Source: Torpedo marmorata (taxonomy: Eukaryota). From it: a stretch of DNA of 64,000 bases. The notes under the pieces are model-generated. The model did no database searches. It was given only the letters and a program-made list of their open reading frames with translations, and was not told where the DNA came from. The position numbers and the translations under genes were made by a program. Location: assembly GCA_977017645.1 (NCBI GenBank), contig OZ360221.1, forward strand, positions 11,966,001 to 12,030,000, in the 5' to 3' direction. How positions within the stretch are numbered: position 1 is the first letter of the stretch; every line of letters begins with the position of its first letter. Positions 1-11,992 of the stretch are shown one piece after another.

Positions 1-324
1 ATCGTACTCCTTCCGCACGCCCACCCTGCTCCTGTTGAACCTGCACCTCCTCAACTCCTTCCCTGATGTTCAGGGACAATTAATGCACTGGCTTTGTTAC
101 TGTATTGTAGTTCTCCATCACTGCTTGACAGAGACTAAGTTCTAGTGTTTACCGTTGGAAGGGACAGGTTTTGTCCTTGGGATAGCGTTCGCTCTTTGGG
201 AAGGCCTGTGGGTTGATTGCAAAGGCTGCTCTTTGCAAGACTTTTCTTTTGCAAGACTCTGTGAGCCTCGAACCAGAGTGTTGTCATAGATTCTGACCTA
301 AAGCCCACTTGTGCACCCACACAG

Positions 325-1955
325 ATTAGCTATGCTGGCATTCATTTCAAGAGGAATCGAATATAAGAGCAGGGATGTGATGTTGAGTTTTTATAAGGCA
401 CTGGTGAGACCTCACTTGGAGTATTGTGAGCAGTTTTGAGATCTCATTTAAGAAAGGATGTGCTGATGTTGGAGAGGGTTCAGAGGAGGTTCACAAGGAT
501 GATTCTGGGAATGAAAGGGTTATCATATGAGGAACGTTTGACGGCTCTTGGCCCGCACTCGTTGGAATTTAGGAGAATGAGGGGGATCTCATTGAAACAT
601 TTCGAATTTTGAAAGGCATGGACAGAGTAGATGTAAAAAGCTTGTTTCCCATGGTGGGAGAAGGGGGCACATTTTCAGGATTGAAGGGCTTAGAAAAGAT
701 GCGGAGGATTTTCCTAGGACACCAGATGTGAATGTTGTGGATACGTTTTTTAATTTACAACCTTCGCGTAAAGGTTTAATATCCTTTACTTATAATGAAA
801 TGGCTGACCTAAGGCATGCCCCGATACTTAAAATTAAAAATGCTTGGGAACAGGATTTAAATTTGTCCCTATCGCAAGAGATCTGGGATTCAATTTTTAG
901 GTTAGTCAATACTACGTTGTTATGTGCTCGCCATTGTTTATTACAATTTAAGGTTGTACACAGGGCCCATATTTCCAAAGCCAAATTATCTCTATTTATC
1001 CAGAGGTAAACTCGTGTTGCGATAAATGCAAGAGAGATGAGGCCTCTTTAATTCACATGTTTTGGTCCTGTCCTAGTCTTGAAAAGTATTGGAAGGAGGT
1101 TTTCCAAACTTTATCTTAAATCTTGGATATAAAGTTAGAACTGAATCCTTTGGTAGCACTTTTCGGTGCAACGGGAGAAGATGATGTTTTGTTGACTCCA
1201 AATAAATGTCGTATCTTGACTTTCACTTCTCTTTTGGCTAGACGTGCTGTACGACTCAGGTGGAGGGACACCGCCCCGCCTACTCGTGCTCAGTGGCTGA
1301 AAGATATTATGTTTTGTTTAAGTTTAGAAAAGATTCGATATGCAATCAATAATTCTAGCATAAGATTCCAAACGTTGTGGGGACCATTTTTGAATTATTA
1401 TCACAATCTTTAGATATATTTTATAATCTGAGTTTTGTTGTCTTTTTTCATTCACTTTTAGGAGTGAAGTTTATTGTTGTTTCTTTCTGCCATGCAACGT
1501 TGTTGGGGGATGGGGTTTTGATTAACATTTGATTTTTTATTTTTTTTTCTTTTGTTGTTTTTTTTGTCTTTGTATATTTTATTTACTTTTGCTATGTTAT
1601 TATGGATACGATGCAATATGTAGATTTGTGTAATTTCTTACTTACATTTTGCATTCCATATAAATATGTACTGGCTTTATTTTTTATGTATAAAGTCAAT
1701 AAAAATATTTAAAAAAGATGCGGAGGAATTTCTTTAGCCAGAGGGTGGTAAATCTGTGGAATGTGTTGCCACAGGTGGATGTGGAGGTCAAGTCATTGGG
1801 TGTATTTAAGGCAGAGATTGATATGGGGAGAAGGCCAGGCAGTGGGGCTGAGTGGGAAAATGGATCAGCTCATGAATAAATGGTGGGGCAGACTCGATGG
1901 GCTGAATAGATGGACTGATGGACCTATTTTTGCTCCTGGGTCTTATGGTCTTATT
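325..1955 (+). mobile_element. CR1/HER1-type LINE 3' fragment (host of the 709-1712 L1)
   Basis: RPHLEYC..LERVQRRFTRMI-type coding remnant and typical 3' tail, continuous across the L1. Confidence 0.85.
709..1712 (+). mobile_element. 5'-truncated L1/Tx1 LINE inserted in a CR1 element
   Basis: WEQDL..LLQFKVVHR..LEKIRY..WGPFL ORF2 C-terminal motifs, AATAAA, 15-bp TSD AAAAGATGCGGAGGA (694-708, 1713-1727). Confidence 0.88.
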
Positions 1956-2810
1956 GTTACATTGATGCTAAAGTCGGCAGTGTCTTTTGTGCTGTTTGCC
2001 TTCCAGTTATTGATCTTTTCTATAGAACAAAGCAATATGCTTTGGACTTGCTGATGATAAATGCATCCAGATATTGCAAGCGGACTTTCTGTTGAACCTG
2101 TGGGAAGGTTTAGTTACACTGCGGCGATGCAAAGTGTTACTTTGATAACAGATTCCAGGGTATTGCAAGCAGGATCTTGATATTATAACAATGAATTGTT
2201 TATTGCTCCTTAATAACTGGGCTGAGTTATCTTTTTGAAATGAAATGGCTCCTGCCATCTTTAAACATTTCACGAACATTGGCTTACAAGTGGTCATGAG
2301 CAGGATAACTGGTCCACTCTTTTACTAGTGGCTCTGGTGATTCAGACCACCCCCTCAAAGCAGCTGCAACCTCCACTTACTATCATTTCTCCTAAAAGTC
2401 AAATGTCCATGCTCTGGTTTAATTCTACAGAGGCATGTCAGGATTGTCCTGAATTGACTCCCAAATCCTACCCGAGGTATCTGAGTGAAAATAACTTGAA
2501 GATTGTTGCATGGGATAGGGGCTGTTGACTGACTGGAACTGAGGGTCAGTATCCTGGTACGCCAGCTATATGAAAGGGCATAGCCTTTATGCAGCCACGG
2601 AGCACAGTTACAGTAAATAACAGTTACTGTAAAGTTGGCACTGCCAACTTTAGCATCAACGTAACTGGTGCTAATCTGTCTGGGTGCACAAGTGGGCTTT
2701 AGGTCAGAATCCATGGCGAACCCTCTGGTAAGGGCTCACAGAGTTTGCAAAAAGAAAGTGCAGCCTTTGCAGTCAACCCACAGGCCTTTCCAAAGGGCTA
2801 AAGCTATTCT

Positions 2811-3044
2811 TCTTTCTTTTTCAATCTTTTTATTAATCATATTATAAGTAAACAATACATGAGGAGAGTAGGAGTACACAATCAAGAAGAAAAAAAATCA
2901 CTATGTGACATCATATGATATAACATATTGCATTACACCACAATTAATGAATATGTTCTCAACTCCTCAAACTGAAATCTTCCCCCAAAAAAAGGAATTT
3001 TTTTTTATTATATAGAACCCCAACTGATCTTAAAAAAAAAACAA
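2811..3044 (-). mobile_element. Very short L1-type 3' end insertion
   Basis: T-rich tail with TTTATT (AATAAA on minus), 15-bp TSD GGCTAAAGCTATTCT (2796-2810, 3045-3059). Confidence 0.8.
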
Positions 3045-3194
3045 GGCTAAAGCTATTCTAAGGACAAAACCTGCCCCTCTCAATGGTAAGAACACTAGAA
3101 CTCAGTCTCTGTCAAGCAGTGAATGGGATATGCAACACTTCACATGGAGAACTACGCTATAGTAACAAAGCTGGTTAATTGACTGTCTTTGTGG

Positions 3195-3467
3195 ATGACC
3201 AGAGGCTTTTTCCCAGGGTTGAAATGGCGAACACATGGGGCATAGTTTTAAAGTGCTTGGGAGTAAGTACAGGAGGGATGTAAGAGGTAAGTTCTTCACA
3301 CGTGGAATACGCTGCCGGCAACAGTGGTGGAGGCAGGTACAATAGAATCTTTTAAGACACAAAGATAGATACATGGAACGTTCGGGGTTACGCCATAGGG
3401 AAATTCTAGGCAATTGTTATTTTGTCGGCATAACACTGTGGATCGAAAGGCCTGTACTGTGCTGTAG
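3195..3467 (+). mobile_element. CR1/HER1 3' fragment
   Basis: GGGCATAGTTTTAAAGTG..GGCCTGTACTGTGCTGTAG tail. Confidence 0.8.
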
Positions 3468-5248
3468 ACAGCACCAATAGCCTGAATACGACCGGGATTG
3501 TCTGATCTCAGAAGTTAAGCAGGCACAGGACTGGTCAGTACTTAGTAGGTATGGAAAAATTAACTTGGAATTATGAAATGGGTGGCTTGCAACTTCCTAA
3601 TTTTCAAAATTATTATAAAGCAGCTCAATTAAAATTTGTTAATGAATTTTTTGACTTAACTAAATCTCCTGCTTGGATTAAAATAGAATTAAATAATATA
3701 GGTGATGACACTAAAGAAGAAATTATTTATAAATGGGATTCTAAATTAATATCAACAAGAAAGAAAAATTCGCCTATTTTTAAACATTTGTTAGAAATAT
3801 GGAATAAGACGGATAAGGAAATAGGAGGAAAAGGATTGATTTCTCCAAGGATGCCTTTATATCAAAATGGACTTATTCCATTTACTATTAATAATCAATT
3901 ATTTAAAATTTGGTTTCAAAAAGGAATTAAAAAGATTAGTGATTGTTTTGAAGCTGGGAAATTTATTACGTTTCAAAGAATGAAAGATAAATTTAATATA
4001 TTAGATAATACACTTTTTGCTTATTATCAAATTAGAGCTTTTCTGATTGAGAAATTAGGTTATGCTTTGATTTTACCAAGACAAAATGAATTAGAATTAT
4101 TAGTTACTAATGGAGATGTTAATAAATTTATTTCTCAAATGTATAAATTGTTTCAGAGGAAAATGCCTAAAGTAGGTTTGCATAAATCAAGATTAAAATG
4201 GGAATTAGATTTGAATGTAAGAATAGATGAAAATCATTGGAAAGAATTATGTAAATTAAGTATGACGAAGATTATTAATGTTAGATATAGATTAGTACAA
4301 TATAATTTTTTTCATCAATTATATTTAACACCTAAAAAATTAAAGAAATTTAATCCGACATTATCAGGTTTATGTTTTAGATGTAATAAAGAGGAAGGGT
4401 CTTTTGTACATTGTACATGGTTTTGTCCAAAAGTTTATGATTTTTGGTTGAAAGTTAAAAACTTTTTAGATAAAGTATTTAAGATTACATTTCCAATGGA
4501 TCCTATGATATTTTTGTTTGGAGATATTAGAAAATTTAGTATTAGGATGAAATTAAATATGTATCAGATAGAATTTTTGCGAATTGCTTTAGCTGTTTCA
4601 AAGAAGTGCATTGCTATTACTTGGAAATCTGATTTAGATTTAGGATTAGAAAGATGGCATGCAGAACTTCGTTCATGTATACCACTTGAAAAAATTACTT
4701 ATAATTTACGTAATAAATATCATTTCTTTTTAAAAATTTGGAGCCCATATATGAAAGCTGTTGGTTTAAGGATTTGAAGATCTCTAGATATCGGATCTGC
4801 TGGCATACTTGACCTCCATAATATAATTAGTTTATAGATTGACATTCCCCTTACTCTATCTTTTTCTTTCTTTTTCTTCTTTTTTTTTTCTATTTTTATT
4901 TTTTATATTTTTATTTTTATTAGATTAGTGGAGTTGGGAGGGGAGGGAGGGAGGGGGGGTGAAATTGTATCACAAATAATTTGATAATTTTATATTCTAT
5001 TTTATGTATTTTGTGATTTAAAATTTTTAAATAAAATATTTTAAAAAAGGACTGGTCAGTACTTGGAGGGGAGACCGCCAAGGAACACCAGGTGCTGTAG
5101 GTTTCTGTGAGGGGCGCTGGACAAAGTAGCGACTCTCTGTCTGCCTTACGGTAGACAAAAATTAAAGAATTTCATGTATGTTACATTCTAAATGTAGTAT
5201 TACGTGACAATAATGGAACCTTTACCTTTACCTTTACCTTTACCCTTT
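3466..5248 (+). mobile_element. 5S rRNA-derived SINE (SINE3 type) with Rex-like 3' tail, split by an L1 insertion (parts about 3466-3543 and 5048-5248)
   Basis: CCTGAATACG..TCTGATCTCAGAAGTTAAGCAGGCACAGGACTGGTCAGTACTT | GGAGGGGAGACCGCCAAGGAACACCAGGTGCTGTAGGTTT reconstructs a diverged 5S rRNA. It is followed by a roughly 110-bp body ending GAATTTCATG..GTGACAATAA and an (ACCTTT)n tail. Confidence 0.85.
3544..5047 (+). mobile_element. 5'-truncated L1/Tx1-clade LINE with uninterrupted ORF2 C-terminus (3551-4777)
   Basis: GGLQLPNFQNYY motif and CFRC..HCTWFC zinc knuckle, 3' UTR with G-rich tract, AATAAA and A tail. Perfect 17-bp TSD AGGACTGGTCAGTACTT (3527-3543, 5048-5064). Confidence 0.93.
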
Positions 5249-6614
5249 AGATTTCTGTCCTAGGAATACTTGGGTTTACTCGTGGCCATAGCTGCAAGTT
5301 CATATTCTTCCGCAATAGGTTGTGGAAATGAGTTTAATGTATCTAGTGATTTGTGGGTTGTAACCTGGAGAAATGAACCACAAGAAGCTGTCAGGGCTAT
5401 AGATTTAAAGACACAAATGATTCCCAAATCTCCTTCAGCTGGGAGAGCTGCCATCCGAAGCTAGTCTGGAATACTCGTGGCTTCCAATCCCACATTATAG
5501 GTTTGCCTTTTAATCGCTTCCAAGCAGCCTGGGCTGCTCAGTAAAATCTACCTTGCTATAGCATAGCTTTCATCTCAAATCTAAACTTAATTTCAAAAGC
5601 ATTTGCTGCTTCTGTGCTGCAATGGAATGTGTCAAAATGTTGTACCGACCTGACTCCCTGCCTGCCTAAGGAACACTGAAGCTAATTTATGTTGCAGCCC
5701 TTTTACCTTGAGGAGCTAATTCCTGAGGTTGGGGGTAGACGCGGTGTTATATTCTTTCTCGACAAATGCTTTTTCTGAAGTTGAGGCTCGTCAGCAATTC
5801 GACTGAAGCATTTGTGTGTGTGTGTCACAAGGAGCTGAATTCACTTCATGGTATGCTCACAACAAGCAGCTGACAGACTAACACCTTGTGTCCATCTTTC
5901 ATCGCTAGCAGCCTGCTTGGGAACCATACTTTATATTCTGATTAAAATCTTACATTTATTATGTTTTATTTTGGGGGAAAAAAATCATACTTTTCTGTGC
6001 GTTCCACTTGAGTGTGTGCCAGCTTTATCTCTCGAGTCTAAGTGTAGCCACTGTGCCTCTGAGACAGTCTTGCCCTCAGTGTCTTTGTTGTGTCTGAGTT
6101 TTGCAGAGGTCAAGAATTGACTGAAGGGCAGGTGTGAGAATCCTACCTTGCAATCAGCACTGTCTGATTTGCCTACCAAACGCCTGCCTCCAGCGAAAAG
6201 CTGTGTGGGAATGCTTGCCAAATATTTGGTTCAAATTGCTCACCGTGTCATTCAGTTGGTTGCAGGGGCGAACACTGCTGCCAGTGTTTTTATTGTGGCC
6301 AATAATACATGCCTTGTGTGTGGTGTCGGGTAAATGAAATAAAGATCCAAGTGGCTTACAAAGGGGCCAGGTGGGGAGGTGGAGTGAAGAAAAGATGAGG
6401 TGATGAAGGGTGGTCTTTACCTCATCCAAAATATTCTTTTTAATATTTTATATATATTGACTTGTAGGATGTGGACAGAATCACGATGGTTTTTCCATGG
6501 AAGAAATTAATTCTACTCAAGTCCATGTTGCCTCTGTGCGAGAATAATTTGGGGAGTCCTACCTCTGTCCTCTGCAAATTATTTCCTTTCAGATACTTAT
6601 CCAGCTCCTTCTGA

Positions 6615-7350
6615 ACTTGAATTGAATTGGTTATTGTCACGTGCACCAAGACACAGTGAAAAGCTTTGTTTTGTATGCTCTCCAGACAAGTCAACCCATA
6701 AATACAGCAGGCAGTGCAATAATAAAACAAGGTGCAGGTTATAGTGTTACTAGAACAAAGTGCAGGGTACATAGAAAAGTATAGTTAAACAATATAGGGG
6801 ACCATCTTTTGCAAGTGAGCGATTCATTCTGGAGTCTGATAACTGCAGGAAAGAAGCTATCCTTGAATCTGGAATTTCATGCTTCTAAACTCGTGTTTCG
6901 TCTGCTCGATGGAAGTGGGGAGAAGAGAGTGTGACCATGGTAGGATGGATCCTTTAATGCAGCCATTCTCAACGGGGGCCACAGAACATTTAAGTAAAAA
7001 CCTTGTTTTCTTTTCACCTTGCTTAACACAAATATTTTAAACTTTTTTTTATGTAGCCGGTCGGAGAGGAGTACGGAAGAAACTAACTAAACTTGACTGC
7101 TTCACAGGGAAGGGGGATCCATAAACTTTGAGCAGAGTCCTAAGGGGGCCATAGCCCAAACAAACCAGGTTGAGAATGGCTGCTTTAATATATTTGCAAC
7201 TTTCATGAGGCAGTGGGAGGTAAAGATGGAGTTGATGGAGGGGAGGTTGGTTTGTGTGATGGCCTGAGCTGTGTTCACAAGTCTGTGTATTCTTGAGGCC
7301 TTTGTCAGAGCAACACTCGTACCAAATTGTGATGCAAATTGACAGGATAC
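6615..7350 (-). mobile_element. Degenerate Rex1/Babar-type LINE 3' fragment
   Basis: TTATTGTCAC tail and AAGAAGCT..CTTGAATCTG remnant similar to other Rex copies in the window. Confidence 0.65.
6960..7182. mobile_element. hAT-type MITE
   Basis: 14-bp TIR CAGCCATTCTCAAC...GTTGAGAATGGCTG, 8-bp TSD CTTTAATG/CTTTAATA. Confidence 0.85.
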
Positions 7351-7512
7351 TGAACCCTAACCCAAACACTGCAATTGCAATTAGCCTCCTCTGCTGCCAC
7401 GGCAGTGCTTCTCAACCCCAACCACTGTGTTTATTTATTTAAAAATCCTCCTGTCACTGCTGGTTCTTTAATTAACCACTTTCATTCAAAGTCCTCTATT
7501 TTTCGACCCCTT

Positions 7513-7755
7513 TACGGTTAGAGTAGCGGTTAGCGCAACGCTGTTACAGCGCCAGTGATCGGGGCCGGGATTCGAATCCCGCGCTGTCTGTAAGGAGTTT
7601 GTCTATTCTCCCTGTGTCTGCGAGGGTTTCTTCTGGGTGCTCCGGTTTCCTCCCACTGTTCGAAATGTACTGGGGGTTTAGGTCAATTCAGTGTAATTGG
7701 GCGGCACGGGCTCGTGGGCCAAAAGGGCCTGTTACCGTGCTGTATGTCTAAATTT
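7513..7755 (+). mobile_element. tRNA-derived V-SINE (HE1-like)
   Basis: A/B boxes (TAGCGGTTAG, GGATTCGAATCCC), V core GGAGTTTG..TTCTCCC.GTGTCTGCG.GGGTTTC, CR1-like tail GGCCTGTTACCGTGCTGTATG. Confidence 0.88.
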
Positions 7756-8406
7756 GCCAATGGGAACAATCTTTGTCTCATCTCTGACCATGCCCTTCAT
7801 TTTTTTTAAATCGCTGTATGCAAACTCCTCTATTCTCTGGTGTGTCCACTGAACTGAAGTTCCTCATCACTGAAATAATTTATTCTGCACTCTAAAATCA
7901 TAAGACATCGGAGCAGAATTAGGCCATTTGGCCCATCGAGTCGCCCCGCCATTCCATCATGGCTGATTTACTATCCTTTTCAACACCTTTCTCTGCCTCT
8001 CCCTGTAACCCTTGATTCCCTTCCTCATCAAGAACCTATCTACCCGTCTTAAATATGCCCAAAAGCCCTCTCCAAAGCTCTTGCATCTTTCCCACAACTG
8101 GGCACAATGCTCCAGGAAAGTAAGGTGACTTCCTTTCATCCACTTTCTGCCTCTTTATAAAACCCAATTCCCCTAATGTTTTCTCAACCTGCCCTGCCAC
8201 TTTCAAACAACTATACCATTAAACCAAGAGTTTTGTTTTGTGCCATTTAAAATTGTCATCTAGATTTTGTCTTTTCACGTTCTTTCTACAAAAATGTAAT
8301 ATTTCACAATTTCAGTATTAAATTTCATCTGCTATCGAGCTGACCATTTCATCAGCCTCTGTCTCTCCCTCTCCCTTTTTCTCTCTCCCTTTTTCTCTCT
8401 CCATTN

Positions 8407-8539
8407 NNNNNNNNNNNNNNNNNNNNNNNNNNNNNNNNNNNNNNNNNNNNNNNNNNNNNNNNNNNNNNNNNNNNNNNNNNNNNNNNNNNNNNNNNNNNNN
8501 NNNNNNNNNNNNNNNNNNNNNNNNNNNNNNNNNNNNNNN
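8407..8539. other. Assembly gap within a CT-rich tract
   Basis: Run of N. Confidence 1.
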
Positions 8540-8772
8540 TCTTCCTTTTTTTCTTCCTCCCTTTTCTCTCTCCCTTTTTCTCTGTCTCTCCCTCCCCCCA
8601 TGCTGGTTCACTGCACTTCCACGTTTTGACATCTGCACCCCAGTCCAAATTGTCCATATATTTTGAGACAAGTATCAGCAATCCTCTGAGCAATAGGGAA
8701 CTCCACCGTGCAATAATCTCCAATTAGGTAAACAGTCTTTTATGACCACTCTATTTTGCCTGTTACTTGCCT

Positions 8773-9022
8773 GTGGCAACGCAGCTAGTGTAGAAGTTAA
8801 CGCAACGCTATTACAGCACCAGCAACCGGGGTTCGTATCCTGTGCAGTCTGTAAGGAGTTTGTACGTTCTCCCCACCCGTGTCTGCGTGGGTTTCCTCCG
8901 GGTGCTCTAGTTTCCTCTCAACTTTCAAAACGTACGGGGGTTGTTGGTTAATTGGAGTATTTGGCCGGCGCGGGTTCATGGGCCGGAAGGGCCTGTTACC
9001 GTGCTGTATGTCTAAAATTTAA
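8773..9022 (+). mobile_element. V-SINE (HE1-like)
   Basis: Same head, core and tail. Confidence 0.85.
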
Positions 9023-9794
9023 AATGTAGCCAATTTTCTACCAATATTGCTGCAGCCGCTTTTATTCCATAGTCTTCCATGTGGACGTTGCTTGTATCTT
9101 GCGACAACCCAACAGATTTACCGTTAACATTCACAATACTTTTTAGACATTTCACATTTAGTTAATCAGTTTATGTTAAACTCCCCAAAGGCTGTGGTGG
9201 AATTTAAATGTGTGTCCTGTATCAATGGTCCCAGATACGAGTAAAGTAATTGAATCGCTGCTACCATCCCTAAAAGATTATTGTGCGTGTGTGTGTATAC
9301 CTCTGTCGCTATTGTGGTCTAGCTTGCGTCCTCTTTCTTGCTTTTATATTTTATTGCTTGTGCAGGTGTGTTCTCAATTACACCCACTCTTTCCTGGCAA
9401 TAACTTTCGTTTTTCTCCCATCTTTCTCAAGTATAATTATTCTTGTGCTCTCTGAAAATGATATCTGACCCTCAATCTTTTAAAGCTGAAGAGATCAGTG
9501 GAGTAGTTAAATGAAATATGAACGCTTGTTAAAAAATCAAGATGTAGTGCTAAGGTGTGTCTGAACTTTTACCACATAAACAAATGTTTTTAAAGGTAGC
9601 TGCATGGAACATAGCATATAGAACAGTACAGCACATGATTAGTCCCCCTGATGTCCGTGACAAACATGATCACAAAAGTACAAAATGCAAATGACATACT
9701 TCATTGGTCTTTAGCCACAACCAAAATAAATCCTGTGTATTAATCAGGTTGCTTTTAGATTGGTGAAGGCGGTGGCAGAGGCAACAATGAGTGC

Positions 9795-10035
9795 ACAATT
9801 AGTGAAGCGGTTAGCGCAAAGCTATTACAGCGCCAGCGGCCCAGGTTCGAATCCACCGCTGTCTGTAAGGAGTTTGAATGTTCTCCCAGTGTCTACGTGG
9901 GTTTTCCCTGGGTACTCCGGTTTCCTCCCACCCTTCAAAACACATGGAGGTTGTAAGTTGATTGGTACATTTGGGCAGCACGGCCTCATGGGCCGGAAGG
10001 GCCTGTTACCATGCTGTACGTCTGATTTTAAAAAA
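9795..10035 (+). mobile_element. V-SINE (HE1-like)
   Basis: Same head, core and tail. Confidence 0.85.
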
Positions 10036-10534
10036 TAATAATTTAAAACCTCATCAACCATCAGCCAAGGAACTGATGTTTTTTCCACTAATTATTGACT
10101 GAAAAATGTGAAATGCTACACTGTCCTGACGGGAGATAATGGGGATTCTCTTCCCTCGATGTGGTTTGTGTGGAGCAGAAACTTTTACTGTATTCTTTTC
10201 AACGGGTTGATTTGGCTGGGTGGATTTCTACCAAAAGTCTACCACATATAAATCAGACACAAGGGCACAGATTTTTCCTCGCAAGGCATTAAGTGAGCCA
10301 TTGGGTTTTTACAGCAACCTGGCTACTTTTTACCATCACTAAATAGATTGTTAAAATCTTTTTGGATGACTTAGGTGGAGGTTAAGCTTTCATTCTCTGG
10401 ATTACTGATCAAGTAATGGAATTATTATTCTCCTGGACCCGTACAGATAAGATTGGTAGAGACGGTGCTGGAAGTAGAGCACATAAATCACTGGAACTGC
10501 ACAGCAAATTGGTCAGCATGTTGGTCTTCATTAA

Positions 10535-10970
10535 GACCATAAGATATAGGAGCAGAGTGGGTCATTTGGCCTGTTGGGTCCGCTCTGCCATTCCATCATG
10601 AGCTGATCCATTCTCCCACTCAGCCCCACTCCCCTGCCTTCTCTCCATAACCTTTGACACCCTGTCTATTCGGATACTTATCAATCTCTGCCTTAAATAC
10701 ACCCAACGACCAGTCCTCCACAGCCGCCCGTAGTAGCAAATTCCAGAGGCTCACCGCTCTGGCTAAAGAAATTCCTCCGCAGCACTGTTTTAAATGAGCG
10801 CCCTTCAATCCTGAAGCTGTGCCATCTTGTCCTTGACTCCCCTACCATGGGAAACAACTTTGCCCCATCTACTCTGTCCAGGCTTTTCAACATTCAAATT
10901 GCTTCTACGACGTCCCCCCTCATTCTTCTGAACTGCAAGGAGAACAGTCCAAGAGTGGTCAAACGTTCCT
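10535..10970 (-). mobile_element. CR1/HER1 3' fragment
   Basis: LDRVDGAKLFPMVGESRTR remnant and ACCATAAGATATAGGAGCAG tail. Confidence 0.85.
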
Positions 10971-11074
10971 GGCTGTGAAAAGTTAAGACTGTGATCATTA
11001 TATAAAATTTCATAGCTGTAGCTTAACTCTTTCAGTTGCTGATTGTATTGTGCATTGCTGTTCCCAGTTATGAT

Positions 11075-11455
11075 GAGAGTTCAAGTTTGTCACATTATAC
11101 CTGGAACACCGAGAAAGGACCTTCTCCAAGCAATCCAACAGGTTATCTCTAACATTCTTGCAGCTGGGTATGGAGCACAATTTATGGCGTATAGAGTTAC
11201 AATGAAAGGTAAATTAGCACCAAGGAAGGGCAGCATGATAACACTGTTGTGGGGTTTATTCAGGAGCCTGATGGCTGCAGGGAAGAAGCTTTCTTTAAGC
11301 CTGTTGGAGCGTGCTTTCGCATTCTTGGGCCTTTTCCCTGATGGGAGGAGCGAGACGAGTGTGTGTTCGGGGAGTGATGAGTCCTTAAATATGTTGGCTG
11401 TCTTTCCTGGGCAGTGGGAGAAGTGGATGGAGTCCATGATGGCCGTAAGGGGGTA
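11075..11455 (-). mobile_element. Rex1/Babar 3' fragment
   Basis: [23 protein letters not shown]-terminal motif. Confidence 0.8.
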
Positions 11456-11567
11456 GGGTTTGCAGCTTACTGTTGTTCCAGGTGAGGGCTTACAGCTGCT
11501 CTGTGCAGCTTGCAAAGGTTCAAAGGGAAAGTCCAACCTAGTTCATTCTTACAACTGTCAATAAATA

Positions 11568-11992
11568 TCGTATATACTCGTGTAATCGTTGATATTGTGT
11601 AATAGTTGACCCCTTTTGTTTGGCCCAAAAATCGCATGTTTTCATATGACCGCAGGAAAAAGAATCTCAGGGTTGTATGTATGTACTATGACAATAAATC
11701 TGATATCTGACCCGTGTAAAAGTCGACCCCACCCACCTTTTTTTTTTGGCCCCGACGCCCGCCCATCCGAGCTCCCGACGCCCCGACCGCGGTTCCTCCC
11801 CCCGTCCACCCGCCCATTCGAGGTCCCGAACACGGACTCACCACCCGGTCCCGGACATCGAGCTCCCGACGCCATGAACAACGCAGGTACTTACCGCAGT
11901 CAAGAGTATGACCCATGTAAAAGTCGACGGCCCCTCAAATTTGAACCGAAAAATTGGTCCAAAAAATTTGACGATTACATGAGTGTATACAG
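11568..11992. mobile_element. Tc2/pogo-type MITE with GC-rich interior
   Basis: Imperfect TIRs TCGTATATACTCGTGTAATCGT / ACGATTACATGAGTGTATACAG, TA flanks and GTAAAAGTCGAC subterminal repeats. A short Rex-type tail is inserted at about 11652-11708. Confidence 0.75.

Noticed and set aside
3466-5104. Functional 5S rRNA gene
   Set aside because: Diverged, interrupted by a LINE, not in a tandem array, and continues into a SINE body.
5270-5464. ORF ending ..GRAAIRS* resembling the SCX C-terminus (KTAIRS*)
   Set aside because: Wrong strand for the minus-strand scx and no phase-0 acceptor giving that frame, so coincidence.
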